Below are positions 29,029 through 39,284 of a stretch of 64,000 nt of DNA, in pieces. The stretch's first letter is position 1. The number at the start of each line of letters is the position of its first letter. The DNA is from Candidatus Calescibacterium sp. (GTDB lineage Bacteria; Calescibacteriota; Calescibacteriia; Calescibacteriales; Calescibacteriaceae): NCBI GenBank assembly GCA_032249135.1, contig JAVVGL010000001.1, forward strand, positions 96,001 through 160,000, in the 5' to 3' direction. The translations under genes and the position numbers were made by a program. The notes beneath the pieces are model-generated. The model made no database searches. It had not been told where the DNA came from and saw only the letters and a program-made list of their open reading frames with translations.

Positions 29029-30669
29029 ATGAAAAACCAAAGATTAGAAGAACAAAGATTAAAATTTAAAATCCCCATATACATTTCTCAGAATGTGATA
29101 GAAAAAATAGATCTGAAATATCTGAGAAAATTAGTAGATGACGATAAATCAGAATTTTATATCTCTTGCTTTTCAGTCGAAAAACTTTACACAAAATATA
29201 AGAAAAAGATAAATGACCTGATAAAAAAAGGAAAAATCAAGTTAATAAATCCACCAACTGAGTATATTGTTGCTCAAATTGAACAGAACGAAAAACCAGA
29301 AATTGCAGCGGAAAATTTCTTCAAGCTAAGATATGAAGACGGAATAATAATAAACAAAGAAAAAATAATAAACAAAGAAAAAATAAAAGAAAAAGAAAAA
29401 GAAAAGAGAAAAAAAGAAGGAAGAAAGAAAAACATCTGGGTGATTTTAAAAGAAATTGTATCTGAAAGCGTGAAGGAATTTCAAGAAAAGAGAAAAACAA
29501 AGAAAATTGAGATGCTAGATCTAAAAAGATTTCACAACTTGATATATGATGAGCTTGAACTTGAAATAAAAAAATGGTTATGTGATACAAATTACATTTT
29601 AGGTCAAAGAGTTGATGATTTTGAGAAAGAGCTTGCAAATTATCTTGGAGTAAAACACTGCATAGGTGTTGCATCTGGGACCGACGCGCTGGTTTTAGCT
29701 TTAAGAGCTATGGCTATAAAAATGGGTAAAGAATTTTTCTCCCATGAAGATAAAATAATAACCACACCTTTGACATTTACCGCAACTGCAATAGCAATAA
29801 TAAGAGCAGGAGCAACCCCAGTTTTTGTTGATATTGACCCAAAAACATTCAACATATCGCCAGAAAAAATAGAAGAGTATTTGCATAAAGATCCAAAAGG
29901 AGTTATAGGAATAATTCCTGTTCATATATATGGATTGCCCTGCGATATGAATAGTATAATGGAAATCGCAAAAAAATATAATCTTTTTGTTATTGAAGAC
30001 ACATCACAAGCACTCGGAGCCGAAATTGAAGGAAAAAAAGTAGGTACAATAGGAAATATCGGATGCCACAGCTTTTACCCATCAAAAAACCTCGGAGGTT
30101 TAGGAGACGGAGGAGCAATATCTACAAACGACGATGAAATAGCAGAAATAGTGAGAAGATTAAGAGAGTGCGGAGGAAAATCAAGATTTATTCCAGAAAA
30201 TATAGGTTATAATTCTCGGCTTGATGCAGTTCAAGCCACTTTGCTTAAAGTAAAACTCAAATATGTTGATAAACTAATTGAGCTGAAAAACAAAATAGCT
30301 CAGAAATATAAAGAAGGTCTAAAAGACCTTGAACATGAACTGGAGCTCCCATATATTCCAGATGGGATGAAACACTCATTTCATCAATACACAATAAAAG
30401 TAAAAAGAGGGGAAGAAGTAAGACAAAGACTCAAAGAATTTTTGGAGAAAAGAGGAATAGGAAATTTCATATATTACCCTGTATTTTTGCACAAAATTCA
30501 ACTTTTTTTAAAACTTGGAGCACAAATCGGTGGAAGTCTTGAAAACTCCGAAGATATATCAAAAAAAATCCTTTCAATACCAATAGATCCTCTCCTTACA
30601 GACGAAGAAGTAAGCAGAGTAATAAATGTAATTAAGGAATTTTTCTCTTCTACTCCCACTCAATCGTAG
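29029..30669 (+). CDS. DegT/DnrJ/EryC1/StrS aminotransferase with ~160-aa N-terminal extension
   Basis: ASGTDAL, PVHIYG, EDTSQA, SFYPSKNLGGLGDGG, NSRLDAVQA. Confidence 0.9.
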   Translation: MKNQRLEEQRLKFKIPIYISQNVIEKIDLKYLRKLVDDDKSEFYISCFSVEKLYTKYKKKINDLIKKGKIKLINPPTEYIVAQIEQNEKPEIAAENFFKLRYEDGIIINKEKIINKEKIKEKEKEKRKKEGRKKNIWVILKEIVSESVKEFQEKRKTKKIEMLDLKRFHNLIYDELELEIKKWLCDTNYILGQRVDDFEKELANYLGVKHCIGVASGTDALVLALRAMAIKMGKEFFSHEDKIITTPLTFTATAIAIIRAGATPVFVDIDPKTFNISPEKIEEYLHKDPKGVIGIIPVHIYGLPCDMNSIMEIAKKYNLFVIEDTSQALGAEIEGKKVGTIGNIGCHSFYPSKNLGGLGDGGAISTNDDEIAEIVRRLRECGGKSRFIPENIGYNSRLDAVQATLLKVKLKYVDKLIELKNKIAQKYKEGLKDLEHELELPYIPDGMKHSFHQYTIKVKRGEEVRQRLKEFLEKRGIGNFIYYPVFLHKIQLFLKLGAQIGGSLENSEDISKKILSIPIDPLLTDEEVSRVINVIKEFFSSTPTQS

Positions 30670-32173
30670 CTGGTGGTTTAGATGTTATGTCATAAACTAC
30701 GCGGGAGACTTCCGGAATTTTTGCAGTAATTTTTCTTGAAACCTCATCTAAAAATTCGTAAGGCACTCTACTCCAATCTACCGTCATGCCATCAACGGAA
30801 TCAACTATTCTTATCGCAATAACATAGCCGTATCTTCTTCTATCACCTGAAACTCCAGTACTTTTTGAGTTAGTAAGAACACAGAAAGCTTGCCATACCT
30901 TGTTATAAAGTTCATATCTTATCAACTCTTCCTCCAAAATCTCGTCAGCTTCACGGAGAATATCTATTTTCTTTTTTGTTATTTCCCCTAAAATCCTGAC
31001 AGCAAGTCCTGGTCCCGGAAAAGGGTGTCTGAAAATTATATCATCTGGTATTCCTAAAATTTTCCCTATTTCCCTTACTTCGTCTTTATACAGTTGCCTA
31101 AAAGGTTCAACAAGTTCAAATCCAAGTTCCTCCGGAAGCCCACCGACATTGTGATGAGTTTTTATAACATGAGCTTTGCCAGAAGTAGAAACTCCACTTT
31201 CTATAACATCAGGGTATAAAGTTCCCTGTGCAAGAAACCTTATATTTTTTTCTCCTTTTTTTGAAATTGCATAGTTTTTGAAGACATCAATAAAAGTCTT
31301 CCCTATTATCTTTCTCTTTTTCTCTGGGTCTCTTACTCCTTTTAATTTAGAGAGAAAAATTTCTGATGCATCTGAAATGTTAATATTTATACCAAGTCTT
31401 GAAAAATTTTTCTTTATCTTTTCAACTTCATTTTTTCGTAAAAGCCCAGTATCTACAAGAACAAAATCTGCCTCATCACCTTTCGCCTTGTGAAGTAAAT
31501 AAGCCATAACTGTAGAGTCAACTCCGCCAGAGACAGCACATAATATCCCTCCTCTGAGCTGTTTTATCTCATAAATTTTTTCTTCAACAAAATTGCTCAA
31601 TGACCAATCAGAAGGTGATTTACAGATTTCAAAAACAAAATTCTTCAGAATTTCCAAACCGAACTCAGTGTGATATACCTCAGGATGGAACTGAACACCA
31701 AAAATATTCCCATATCTGAAAGCAGATATTGGTGAAAAATGAGTTTCACCAAGAATTTCAAAACTATCTGGAACTTCGGAGATTACATCTCCGTGAGACA
31801 TCCAAACAAAAAATTCAGATGGCAAATTTTGGAACAGCTTATCTTTTACCAAAACTTTGAATCTCGCTCTTCCATATTCTCCAATTTTTGCCTTTTTTAC
31901 CTTCCCTCCAAAAACATGAGCTATAAGCTGAGCTCCATAACATATTCCTAAAATGGGAATTTCAAGAGAAAATATTTCGGAATCAGGATATGGAGCATCC
32001 TTCTGATATACACTTTCCGGACCACCAGAAAGAATTATTCCATGCGGAGAAAAAGATTTTATTTTTTCTACCGGTGAGTTGAAAGGTAAAATTTCAGCAT
32101 AAACCCCAAGCGACCTTACCCTTCTTGTTATAAGATGAGTATATTGAGAGCCAAAATCTAAAACAACTATCAC
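30650..32173 (-). CDS. guaA: GMP synthase (glutamine-hydrolysing)
   Basis: LDFGSQY, GICYGAQ, SGGVDS, IKTHHNVGGLP, KPPATIEWE. Confidence 0.98.
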   Translation of the reverse strand: MIVVLDFGSQYTHLITRRVRSLGVYAEILPFNSPVEKIKSFSPHGIILSGGPESVYQKDAPYPDSEIFSLEIPILGICYGAQLIAHVFGGKVKKAKIGEYGRARFKVLVKDKLFQNLPSEFFVWMSHGDVISEVPDSFEILGETHFSPISAFRYGNIFGVQFHPEVYHTEFGLEILKNFVFEICKSPSDWSLSNFVEEKIYEIKQLRGGILCAVSGGVDSTVMAYLLHKAKGDEADFVLVDTGLLRKNEVEKIKKNFSRLGININISDASEIFLSKLKGVRDPEKKRKIIGKTFIDVFKNYAISKKGEKNIRFLAQGTLYPDVIESGVSTSGKAHVIKTHHNVGGLPEELGFELVEPFRQLYKDEVREIGKILGIPDDIIFRHPFPGPGLAVRILGEITKKKIDILREADEILEEELIRYELYNKVWQAFCVLTNSKSTGVSGDRRRYGYVIAIRIVDSVDGMTVDWSRVPYEFLDEVSRKITAKIPEVSRVVYDITSKPPATIEWE

Positions 32174-32198
32174 AACTAATTAAATCCAAAAGTTTCCT

Positions 32199-32999
32199 TC
32201 ACCCTCCCCTTTGCAATTCCTGATCTATCACTTGCTTGAAAGATTCAAATGGTAGAGCTCCCCTCACAGGTATTCCATTTATAAAAAATGTTGGTGTTCC
32301 TCTTACTCCAAGTCTCTGACTTTCGTTCATATCTTGCATAACAATTTGGGCTGTTTCCCCTGTGTCAAGACACTGAGAAAACCTTTTTTCATCTAATCCT
32401 ATTTCTTTTGCAAACTGCTTCAGGGATGCAACATCAAGTCTCCCCTGCGGCTGCCCCACCTGGAAGAGTTTGTCGTGCATAGCCCAGAAAGCTTTTGTTC
32501 CTCCTATTTTACCTGCACACTCTGCTGCCTCTGCTGCTTTTTGAGCAAACTGATGAAACGGCAAAGGCAAATGCTTGAACACAATCTTCACCTTATCTCC
32601 ATATGTCTGCAATATCTGGGGATAGGTCTCCCTTGCCCATCTACCACAGAATGGACACTGGAAATCTGAATACTCAACTATTGTAACCTTCGCGTTCGGG
32701 TCACCTTTTATCCTGTAAGGTGGTGGGGGTGCGATTTGAGATATATCAATCCTTTCCACTTCAGGAGGGGGAGATGGTGGTTGCTGTGGTTGTGGTTGTG
32801 GTTGTGGTTGTGGGGGCTGTACTGGCTGACCCGGTGCCCCTGCTCTTGCCACATTAACTCCACCTTTTTCAAGGTAACTCTGAATAGAACGAGTTGCCCA
32901 TATTATAGAACCCGCAACTATCACGCTTGCAACAAGAATAGAAGCTGCCAAAAACTTTCCTTCTGCTTGTCCCTTCTTTATATCACTTTTCATACCCAT
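32199..32999 (-). CDS. Membrane-anchored DsbA/BdbD-family thiol-disulfide oxidoreductase
   Basis: SDFQCPFC, GVRGTPTFFING, N-terminal TM helix and PQ-repeat linker (TGTGGT x4 at ~32785-32808). Confidence 0.92.
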   Translation of the reverse strand: MGMKSDIKKGQAEGKFLAASILVASVIVAGSIIWATRSIQSYLEKGGVNVARAGAPGQPVQPPQPQPQPQPQQPPSPPPEVERIDISQIAPPPPYRIKGDPNAKVTIVEYSDFQCPFCGRWARETYPQILQTYGDKVKIVFKHLPLPFHQFAQKAAEAAECAGKIGGTKAFWAMHDKLFQVGQPQGRLDVASLKQFAKEIGLDEKRFSQCLDTGETAQIVMQDMNESQRLGVRGTPTFFINGIPVRGALPFESFKQVIDQELQRGG

Positions 33000-33103
33000 A
33001 TTTTTTACCTCCTATGTATTTATTTTTCTAATTTTAATATATTAGAATTACTTTTTCCAGAAACTTGAGAATTTTCTATCCAGAATCCAATTTTTTTCTC
33101 AGT

Positions 33104-34054
33104 TTAAAGCCGAAGAATGATATACTTTGATATATAATAAAAAATAGGTATAGTAAAAAGAAGACTATCTATTCTATCAAGGACTCCACCGTGTCCTGGG
33201 ATAATGACCCCCGAGTCCTTCAAATGTACATCTCTTTTTAAGGCGGATTCTGCAAAATCCCCTAAAAGCCCAAAAAAAGCGGCGACAAAACCTAAAAACA
33301 TCCAAATCATAAGGTCACCTTTTGGTTGGAATATAATTTTCATAAAAATAGCCGAGATTACAGATAATAAAACTCCACCTAAAAAACCTTCAAGAGTTTT
33401 TCCTGGTGATATTTTTTCTGCGAGCTTAATTTTTCCAAATTTTTTCCCAGCAAAGTAAGCTCCAATATCTGCACAAGCTGTTGTTAAGACAGTAAATAGA
33501 AAAAAGAAAATCCCAGTATCTATTTTTGCAAAATTTTGGATTTGTAGTTCGCTTCCTATATTTCTCAGAAGCACAGCGTGAGCTCCCCCCAACCATCCCG
33601 TATATATTATCCCAAAGTATGTCATCATAATTTTATCTATCGCTCCTCTCACCTCACGTGAAATTATCTGAATGAAAAATATTGCGATAAGAGAAAAAGT
33701 AAGGAGAGCAAAGAGAACATCTGATGGAGCCAAAAATGTTATAAACGGAATTGATGTTGAGACCGCGATACCAATTTGTGTGAATGGCTTTTCCCCTTTC
33801 ATTTCCAAAAGCTTATATATCTCAAATGAAGCAAGAAGAGAAAATATAGAAACAAAAAAAACAAACAAAATACCCCCCTTTATCACAAAGAACAAAGCAA
33901 TTCCACCAAGTATGACGCCAGAAATAACTCTTTTATAAATTTCTTGGCGAAAATCCTGATTCTGGGCTTGCGTTCTTATCTTAATTTGCTCTGCTATTTG
34001 CTCTATCCTCTGATCTTGATTGCTTCTATCCTGATAATTTTTTTCTTTTTCCAC
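33104..34054 (-). CDS. cdsA: Phosphatidate cytidylyltransferase
   Basis: DIGAYFAG, ISPGKTLEG, GDFAESALKR, KDSG..IPGHGGVLDRIDS. Confidence 0.95.
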   Translation of the reverse strand: MEKEKNYQDRSNQDQRIEQIAEQIKIRTQAQNQDFRQEIYKRVISGVILGGIALFFVIKGGILFVFFVSIFSLLASFEIYKLLEMKGEKPFTQIGIAVSTSIPFITFLAPSDVLFALLTFSLIAIFFIQIISREVRGAIDKIMMTYFGIIYTGWLGGAHAVLLRNIGSELQIQNFAKIDTGIFFFLFTVLTTACADIGAYFAGKKFGKIKLAEKISPGKTLEGFLGGVLLSVISAIFMKIIFQPKGDLMIWMFLGFVAAFFGLLGDFAESALKRDVHLKDSGVIIPGHGGVLDRIDSLLFTIPIFYYISKYIILRL

Positions 34055-34171
34055 AGCTTTTTCATTCTTAAAATTTGCAAAAATTCTTTCCCAAAGTCAA
34101 AAAAATTTTAGCTCGCTACCTATAATTTCAGCCGATAAAGTTTTCGTGGTAAATAAAGATAAAATTAAAAA

Positions 34172-35227
34172 ATGATGGAAACTGAAATAAAATCTGAGGA
34201 AGAAATAAAAAAATTTAGAGAAATTTTCGGCAAAGTAGTTCAGGGGGAAAATTTAAATTTTGAAGAAGCAAGATTTTGCGCAGATTTAATAATTTCAGGG
34301 AAAGCACCTCAAAACCTTGTCGCAGGACTTTTAGTTGCTCTCAGAATGAAAGGAGAAACATCAGAAGAAATAGCAGGATTTGCATACGAGATGAGACAGA
34401 AAGCAGTAAAGCCTAAAATAGACGATGAAAATATAAAACCAATTGATACATGCGGAACAGGGGGGGATGGACTTCACACATTCAACGCTTCAACGGCATC
34501 AGCTATAATTTTAGCTGCAGAAGGAATAAAAGTAGCAAAACATGGAAACAGGGCAGTTTCTTCAAAACTTGGCTCAGCTGATATTCTGGAGAAATTAGGA
34601 GTGAAAATAAATGTTGAACCAGAAGAAGTTGAGAAAGAACTTAAAGAGAAAAATTTTGTCTTCCTTTTTGCTCCAAAATTCCATCCTGCTATGAAAAATG
34701 TAGCTCCAATAAGGAAAGAACTTGGAATAAGAACAATCTTCAATCTTTTAGGTCCAATCACTAATCCAGTTGGAGTGAAAAGACAGGTAATAGGAGTATT
34801 CTCCCCTGATTTTGCAGAAAAGATAGCACAAGCTTTATCTTTACTTGGAACTGAAAAAACTCTCGTGTTCTCAGGAGAAGCAGAAGAAGGATTTTTTATA
34901 GACGAAATATCCCCATCAGGTCGGACATTCTTTTTCAAGTTAGAAAACGGTAAAATAGAAAAATTTGAGTTAGATGCAAGAGAAATTTTAGGGAAAAGAC
35001 ATAAAGTAGAAGAACTGAAACAATCAGAGAGCGAACCAGAAATAGAATTTTTAAATGTGTTAGAAGGAAAAGAGAGAGAGGCTTTACTTGACTTTGTAGC
35101 TTTGAATGTTGCGGCAGGATTTATAATTTGCGACAGAGTAAAAGATTTCAAGGAAGGTTATATTATGGCAAAAGACATTATAAAAAGCGGCAAGGCAAAA
35201 AAGTTTCTTCAAGAATATTTAGTTTAG
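34172..35227 (+). CDS. trpD: Anthranilate phosphoribosyltransferase
   Basis: DTCGTGGDG, KHGNRAVSS, GSAD, RTIFNLLGP. Confidence 0.96.
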   Translation: MMETEIKSEEEIKKFREIFGKVVQGENLNFEEARFCADLIISGKAPQNLVAGLLVALRMKGETSEEIAGFAYEMRQKAVKPKIDDENIKPIDTCGTGGDGLHTFNASTASAIILAAEGIKVAKHGNRAVSSKLGSADILEKLGVKINVEPEEVEKELKEKNFVFLFAPKFHPAMKNVAPIRKELGIRTIFNLLGPITNPVGVKRQVIGVFSPDFAEKIAQALSLLGTEKTLVFSGEAEEGFFIDEISPSGRTFFFKLENGKIEKFELDAREILGKRHKVEELKQSESEPEIEFLNVLEGKEREALLDFVALNVAAGFIICDRVKDFKEGYIMAKDIIKSGKAKKFLQEYLV

Positions 35228-35893
35228 TTTCGGTTCAGAGTTTATATATCCTATCTTTGTTTTTCCAGCAAAAACTTTATCTCCAACTTGAACAGAAAAT
35301 TCCCACTCATAAGGTATATATACATCAACTCTGGAACCAAGATATATAATTCCTATCCTTTCTCCTCTTCTTATAAAATCTCCTTCTTTTTTGAATACAG
35401 AAATTCTTCTTGCTATCGCACCCGCTATTTGGGATAAAATTACATCTTTACCATCTTCTGTTCTGATATGCCAAAGAACTCGTGAGTTATTTTCTGATTT
35501 CTCTAAAAACGCCCGAGCAAAACCACCTTTCTTTCTCAAAATTTTTTGGACATATCCAGAAATCGGTGCTCTATTCACATGAACATCAAAAGGACTCATA
35601 AATATAGCAATTCTCTTCATCTTCTTACCTTCAAATTCAGGAATAAGTTCTACCAAATCACCTTTTACTTCAACCTCATCTTTCAATATAACTTTTCCAT
35701 CAGCAGGAGAGATCAAATCTTTATCTGAATCGCTCTCAGGCTCTCTTTCAGGATCACGAAAAAAATTAAGAAGAAAAATAAAAAGAATGGATAAAATAAC
35801 AAGTGGGATAAAACTTTTTGTTATGAAAAAGGAAATGAGAACAATAAAAAAAACAACAGTTCCGGGCAGTAAGAACTCCCTCCTTACTTTCAT
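35219..35893 (-). CDS. psd: Phosphatidylserine decarboxylase
   Basis: FFRDPER, SPADGKV, FMSPFDVHVNRAP, QIAG, GSRVD cleavage motif. Confidence 0.92.
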   Translation of the reverse strand: MKVRREFLLPGTVVFFIVLISFFITKSFIPLVILSILFIFLLNFFRDPEREPESDSDKDLISPADGKVILKDEVEVKGDLVELIPEFEGKKMKRIAIFMSPFDVHVNRAPISGYVQKILRKKGGFARAFLEKSENNSRVLWHIRTEDGKDVILSQIAGAIARRISVFKKEGDFIRRGERIGIIYLGSRVDVYIPYEWEFSVQVGDKVFAGKTKIGYINSEPKLN

Positions 35894-35896
35894 AAA

Positions 35897-36886
35897 CTAA
35901 ATATTATCTTCAAAGTTTTCAAATTTCAAAATACCAAGTTCTTCGTAATGAGGTCTCATGTAATCAGGTAAAAGCCCAAGTTTCTTTAAGTTAGGAACGA
36001 CACGAGAAAACATCAAAAGTAAAAATTCCTGAAATATAGGTGAGTTTTGAATTATCTCCTGAGTTTCTTTTACAGGCAATCCGACATCTTCCCAAACCTG
36101 AGACATATCTGTTATTCTGTTTTTCAGAGCAACACAGCCTTCGTATGCAAACTCACAAAGTTCTTTCTTTTCCTTTTCAGGGAGATCATCTATATGTTCT
36201 TTCAAAGAAATAACTCCAAAAGCAACATGTCTTGCTTCATCTTTCATAACATATCTTACGATTTGAACTCCAAGAGGTTCCTCACCGAACTTATCTAATG
36301 TTCCGAATATGCCCATCGCAAGTCCTTCCACAAGAATCTGCATTCCCACAAACTTAAAATACCATCTTGATTCTGAAAGTATGCTCCGCATAAGATCACG
36401 GAGATGAGGAGATATAGGAAATTCCTTTTCTAACTTTGTAGTAAGGTATCTGTGAAAAACCTCAACATGCCTTGCTTCATCTATAACTTGTGTTGAAGCT
36501 ACAAGTTTTTCATCATAAACAGGTGCACAACCCACAAGCTGACTTGCAACAAGTAAAGCTCCTTGTTCTCCATGCAGTATTTGAGATAAAATCCAGCTCA
36601 TATTTGATATTGATAGCTCCAACCTTTTTTTGTCATCAAGTTTTTCCCACAATCCCTGAAAGAGAAGTTGAGGGAGTTGAGATGAGAAAGTAAGCTTTTC
36701 AATATCAACTTGCTGCGACCAATCTATATCTTGCGAGGCATTCCACTGCTCTTTTTTGGCTCTCTCATATAGATCGGAAAGTTTTTGAATCTCAGTTTCA
36801 TAAGAATATACCCATATCGTATCATACAGAGTCTTTATAGCTTCTGCCGTTCCTTCTTTGATCAATCTTTTTGTTTTTTCAGTCAT
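35897..36886 (-). CDS. Ferritin-like di-iron oxygenase (AurF-like)
   Basis: HGEQGAL, two DEARH motifs, VEGLA; strong SD. Confidence 0.82.
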   Translation of the reverse strand: MTEKTKRLIKEGTAEAIKTLYDTIWVYSYETEIQKLSDLYERAKKEQWNASQDIDWSQQVDIEKLTFSSQLPQLLFQGLWEKLDDKKRLELSISNMSWILSQILHGEQGALLVASQLVGCAPVYDEKLVASTQVIDEARHVEVFHRYLTTKLEKEFPISPHLRDLMRSILSESRWYFKFVGMQILVEGLAMGIFGTLDKFGEEPLGVQIVRYVMKDEARHVAFGVISLKEHIDDLPEKEKKELCEFAYEGCVALKNRITDMSQVWEDVGLPVKETQEIIQNSPIFQEFLLLMFSRVVPNLKKLGLLPDYMRPHYEELGILKFENFEDNI

Positions 36887-36930
36887 TTCAATCTACCTCC
36901 TTTTTCATTTTTGTTTTTTTAATTTATTTT

Positions 36931-36950
36931 TACCTACCATACGGTAGGTA
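36931..36950. promoter_or_regulatory. Palindromic operator TACCTACC-N4-GGTAGGTA
   Basis: Perfect 8-bp arms in an AT-rich spacer, 45 nt upstream of the di-iron gene start. Confidence 0.65.
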
Positions 36951-37066
36951 TAATATATACGATAATATTTTTAGAAGGAAAAGTTGTTTTTTCAGGAAAA
37001 TTCTTTCATTTAGATTTATTCTTTAAAGTCCCGCGATCTTATTACTTTTTAATATACTGAGAATAA

Positions 37067-38164
37067 TCAAATAACATCTTCTTTTCCATGAGGAACAACA
37101 ATTTCGCCCTGTTGTTCAAGTCTTCTTATAACCTTCAATATCTCCTGTTGAGCTCTTTCAACATCTATCCTTCTTACAGGTGGCATAGTTTCAAGCTCAT
37201 CTTGTAGAACTTTCCTTGCTCTCTCGCTCATGGCTCCAAGTATTTTCCTTTTTACAGGTTCAGAAGCCCCTTTTAGAGCTTTAAGTAAAACTTCTCTATC
37301 TATCTCCCTTAAAATTATGCTTATATATCTATCATGGATTCTCACTATGTCATCAAAGGTAAACATTCTTTGCCTTATCTCCTCAGCAAGTTCCGGGTTT
37401 TGTTTTTCTATCCTTTCAAGAAGTTCTTTTTCAAGCCCGGGCGGAGCATTCATGATTATCTCCACAAGAGCATTTATTCCGCCCACTCTTTTTGTTCCGC
37501 CTATTGTCCTATATTCTTCATCAAGAACTATACCTATTTCATCAACAACCCCTGGGGCAAGTTTATCTAAATTTGCTATCCTTTCCAGCACATCGGCATA
37601 AATATCCTTAGGTAAAAGTTGTAGAACCTCAAGGGCTTTCTTTGGATCAAGGTATGCTAAGATAACCGCCATAGTTTGAGGATGTTCTTTCCTTATGAAA
37701 TTTACTATTGATTGGGCATCAAGATCATGCAAGAGTCCCATACTAATATCGGAACCTCCCGAAGCTTTAACGAATATTTTCAGACGCTCCATTATAGCGT
37801 TAGCCTTTGCTGGACCAAAAACAGTAGTTAAAATCTTATATATGAATTCATATCCGGATCCAGTCAGAACATCTTGCCTTGAAAGATTTATAAATTCATC
37901 AAGAACTTCCTTCGCAACCTTTTTCGGAATTATGCTCATCTTTAACATTTCCTCAGTAACCCTCTGAACATCTTCTTCACTTAACATTTTCAATATTTCT
38001 GATGCAGCTTCTTCTCCCAAAGTTCTTAAAAGTATTGCAACCTTCTTTGGTCCAGATAATTCTTTACTATTTCCACTTTTCCCTTTTTCTCTGCGTTCGC
38101 TTGATTCATACCCGAACTCATCTGATAACTTACTTTCTTCAACATTTTTATTCTCCTTTTGCAT
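37067..38164 (-). CDS. fliG: Flagellar motor switch protein FliG
   Basis: KVAILL..LGEE, EHPQTMAVIL, MFTFDDI, ALKGA, MSERA, VERAQ. Confidence 0.95.
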   Translation of the reverse strand: MQKENKNVEESKLSDEFGYESSERREKGKSGNSKELSGPKKVAILLRTLGEEAASEILKMLSEEDVQRVTEEMLKMSIIPKKVAKEVLDEFINLSRQDVLTGSGYEFIYKILTTVFGPAKANAIMERLKIFVKASGGSDISMGLLHDLDAQSIVNFIRKEHPQTMAVILAYLDPKKALEVLQLLPKDIYADVLERIANLDKLAPGVVDEIGIVLDEEYRTIGGTKRVGGINALVEIIMNAPPGLEKELLERIEKQNPELAEEIRQRMFTFDDIVRIHDRYISIILREIDREVLLKALKGASEPVKRKILGAMSERARKVLQDELETMPPVRRIDVERAQQEILKVIRRLEQQGEIVVPHGKEDVI

Positions 38165-38196
38165 ACTAAATATTTTAATAATGATTTTAAAAAAGA

Positions 38197-39222
38197 TTAT
38201 GGCTTCAGAAGAACCTTAATGGCTTTCCTTTCATGCATAGCTTTATATCCCTCTGCAACTTTATCGAGAGGCAAAACAACATCAAAAACTTTTCCTGGAT
38301 CTATTTTTCTATCCCATATAAGTTCTATGAGATCGGGAAGAAATCTTCTCACAGGAGCCGGTCCTCCATGCATATGTACGAGAGAGAAAAAAAATTCATC
38401 GCCCGGGATTTTGACATCATGCAAAACGCCAACAACCCCAATATGTCCGCCCGGACGTGTAACTTTGAGAGCCATCATTAATGCAGTTTGTGTTCCGACT
38501 GCCTCGATAGCTGAATGAACCCCAAGCCCATGAGTGATTTCTTTCACAACTTCTACAGCTTCATCTCCTCTTTCCGGTATTATATCTGTTGCTCCAAATT
38601 CTCTTGCCAGCTCCTGTCTTTTTGGATTTCTACTCCCCATCAAAATTATTCTTTCCGCACCCATAATTTTTGCTGAAAGAACAGCAAGGAGTCCGACAGC
38701 TCCATCTCCTACAACTGCTACCCATTTACCAGGTCTTACATCTGCTGCGATTGCGGCAAACCAAGCCGTTCCTAAAACATCTGATGCCGTAAGTAAGCTT
38801 GGAATAAGATGATCCGGAGGTATATCAGGAGTTGGAACGAGCGTCCCATCTGCAAGAGGAACACGAGCATATTCCGCTTGCATTCCTATATCTCCCATAA
38901 AAACCCTACGAATACATCCACTATGATATCCTGCTCTGCAAATTTCACAGGTATTGTCTGATGCAAAAAAAGAACCAACAACGAATTGTCCAGGCTTTAT
39001 TTTCTTAACTCCTTTCCCAACCTCAAGAACTATTCCTACATATTCATGTCCCATAGGAATTGGTTCTGAGACAGGATCAATTCCCCTATATGCCCAAAGG
39101 TCCGAACCGCATATACATGTAGCTACAATCTTTATTATTGCATCTTCATCTTCTAAAATTTTTGGTTCCGGACTTTCTTCAATTTTGATGTTGTATGGAC
39201 CATAAAGAAAAGTTTTTTTCAT
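38197..39222 (-). CDS. Zinc-dependent alcohol dehydrogenase family protein
   Basis: CICGSDLW, GHE, CEICRAG..SGC, GDGAVG. Confidence 0.92.
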   Translation of the reverse strand: MKKTFLYGPYNIKIEESPEPKILEDEDAIIKIVATCICGSDLWAYRGIDPVSEPIPMGHEYVGIVLEVGKGVKKIKPGQFVVGSFFASDNTCEICRAGYHSGCIRRVFMGDIGMQAEYARVPLADGTLVPTPDIPPDHLIPSLLTASDVLGTAWFAAIAADVRPGKWVAVVGDGAVGLLAVLSAKIMGAERIILMGSRNPKRQELAREFGATDIIPERGDEAVEVVKEITHGLGVHSAIEAVGTQTALMMALKVTRPGGHIGVVGVLHDVKIPGDEFFFSLVHMHGGPAPVRRFLPDLIELIWDRKIDPGKVFDVVLPLDKVAEGYKAMHERKAIKVLLKP

Positions 39223-39284
39223 ATAATCAAAAAAACTAATAAAAACTTAAATGGTTTTCTCTTTGACAAAAATAGAATTCAGTG

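Noticed and set aside
34131-34138. GCCGATAA sigma-28 -10 box upstream of trpD
   Set aside because: No TAAA -35 element at the required spacing.
34474-35151. 225-aa antisense ORF
   Set aside because: Ser/Phe-rich mirror of trpD; same for 48302..48823, 43039..43416, 43286..43627 and the other short shadow ORFs.
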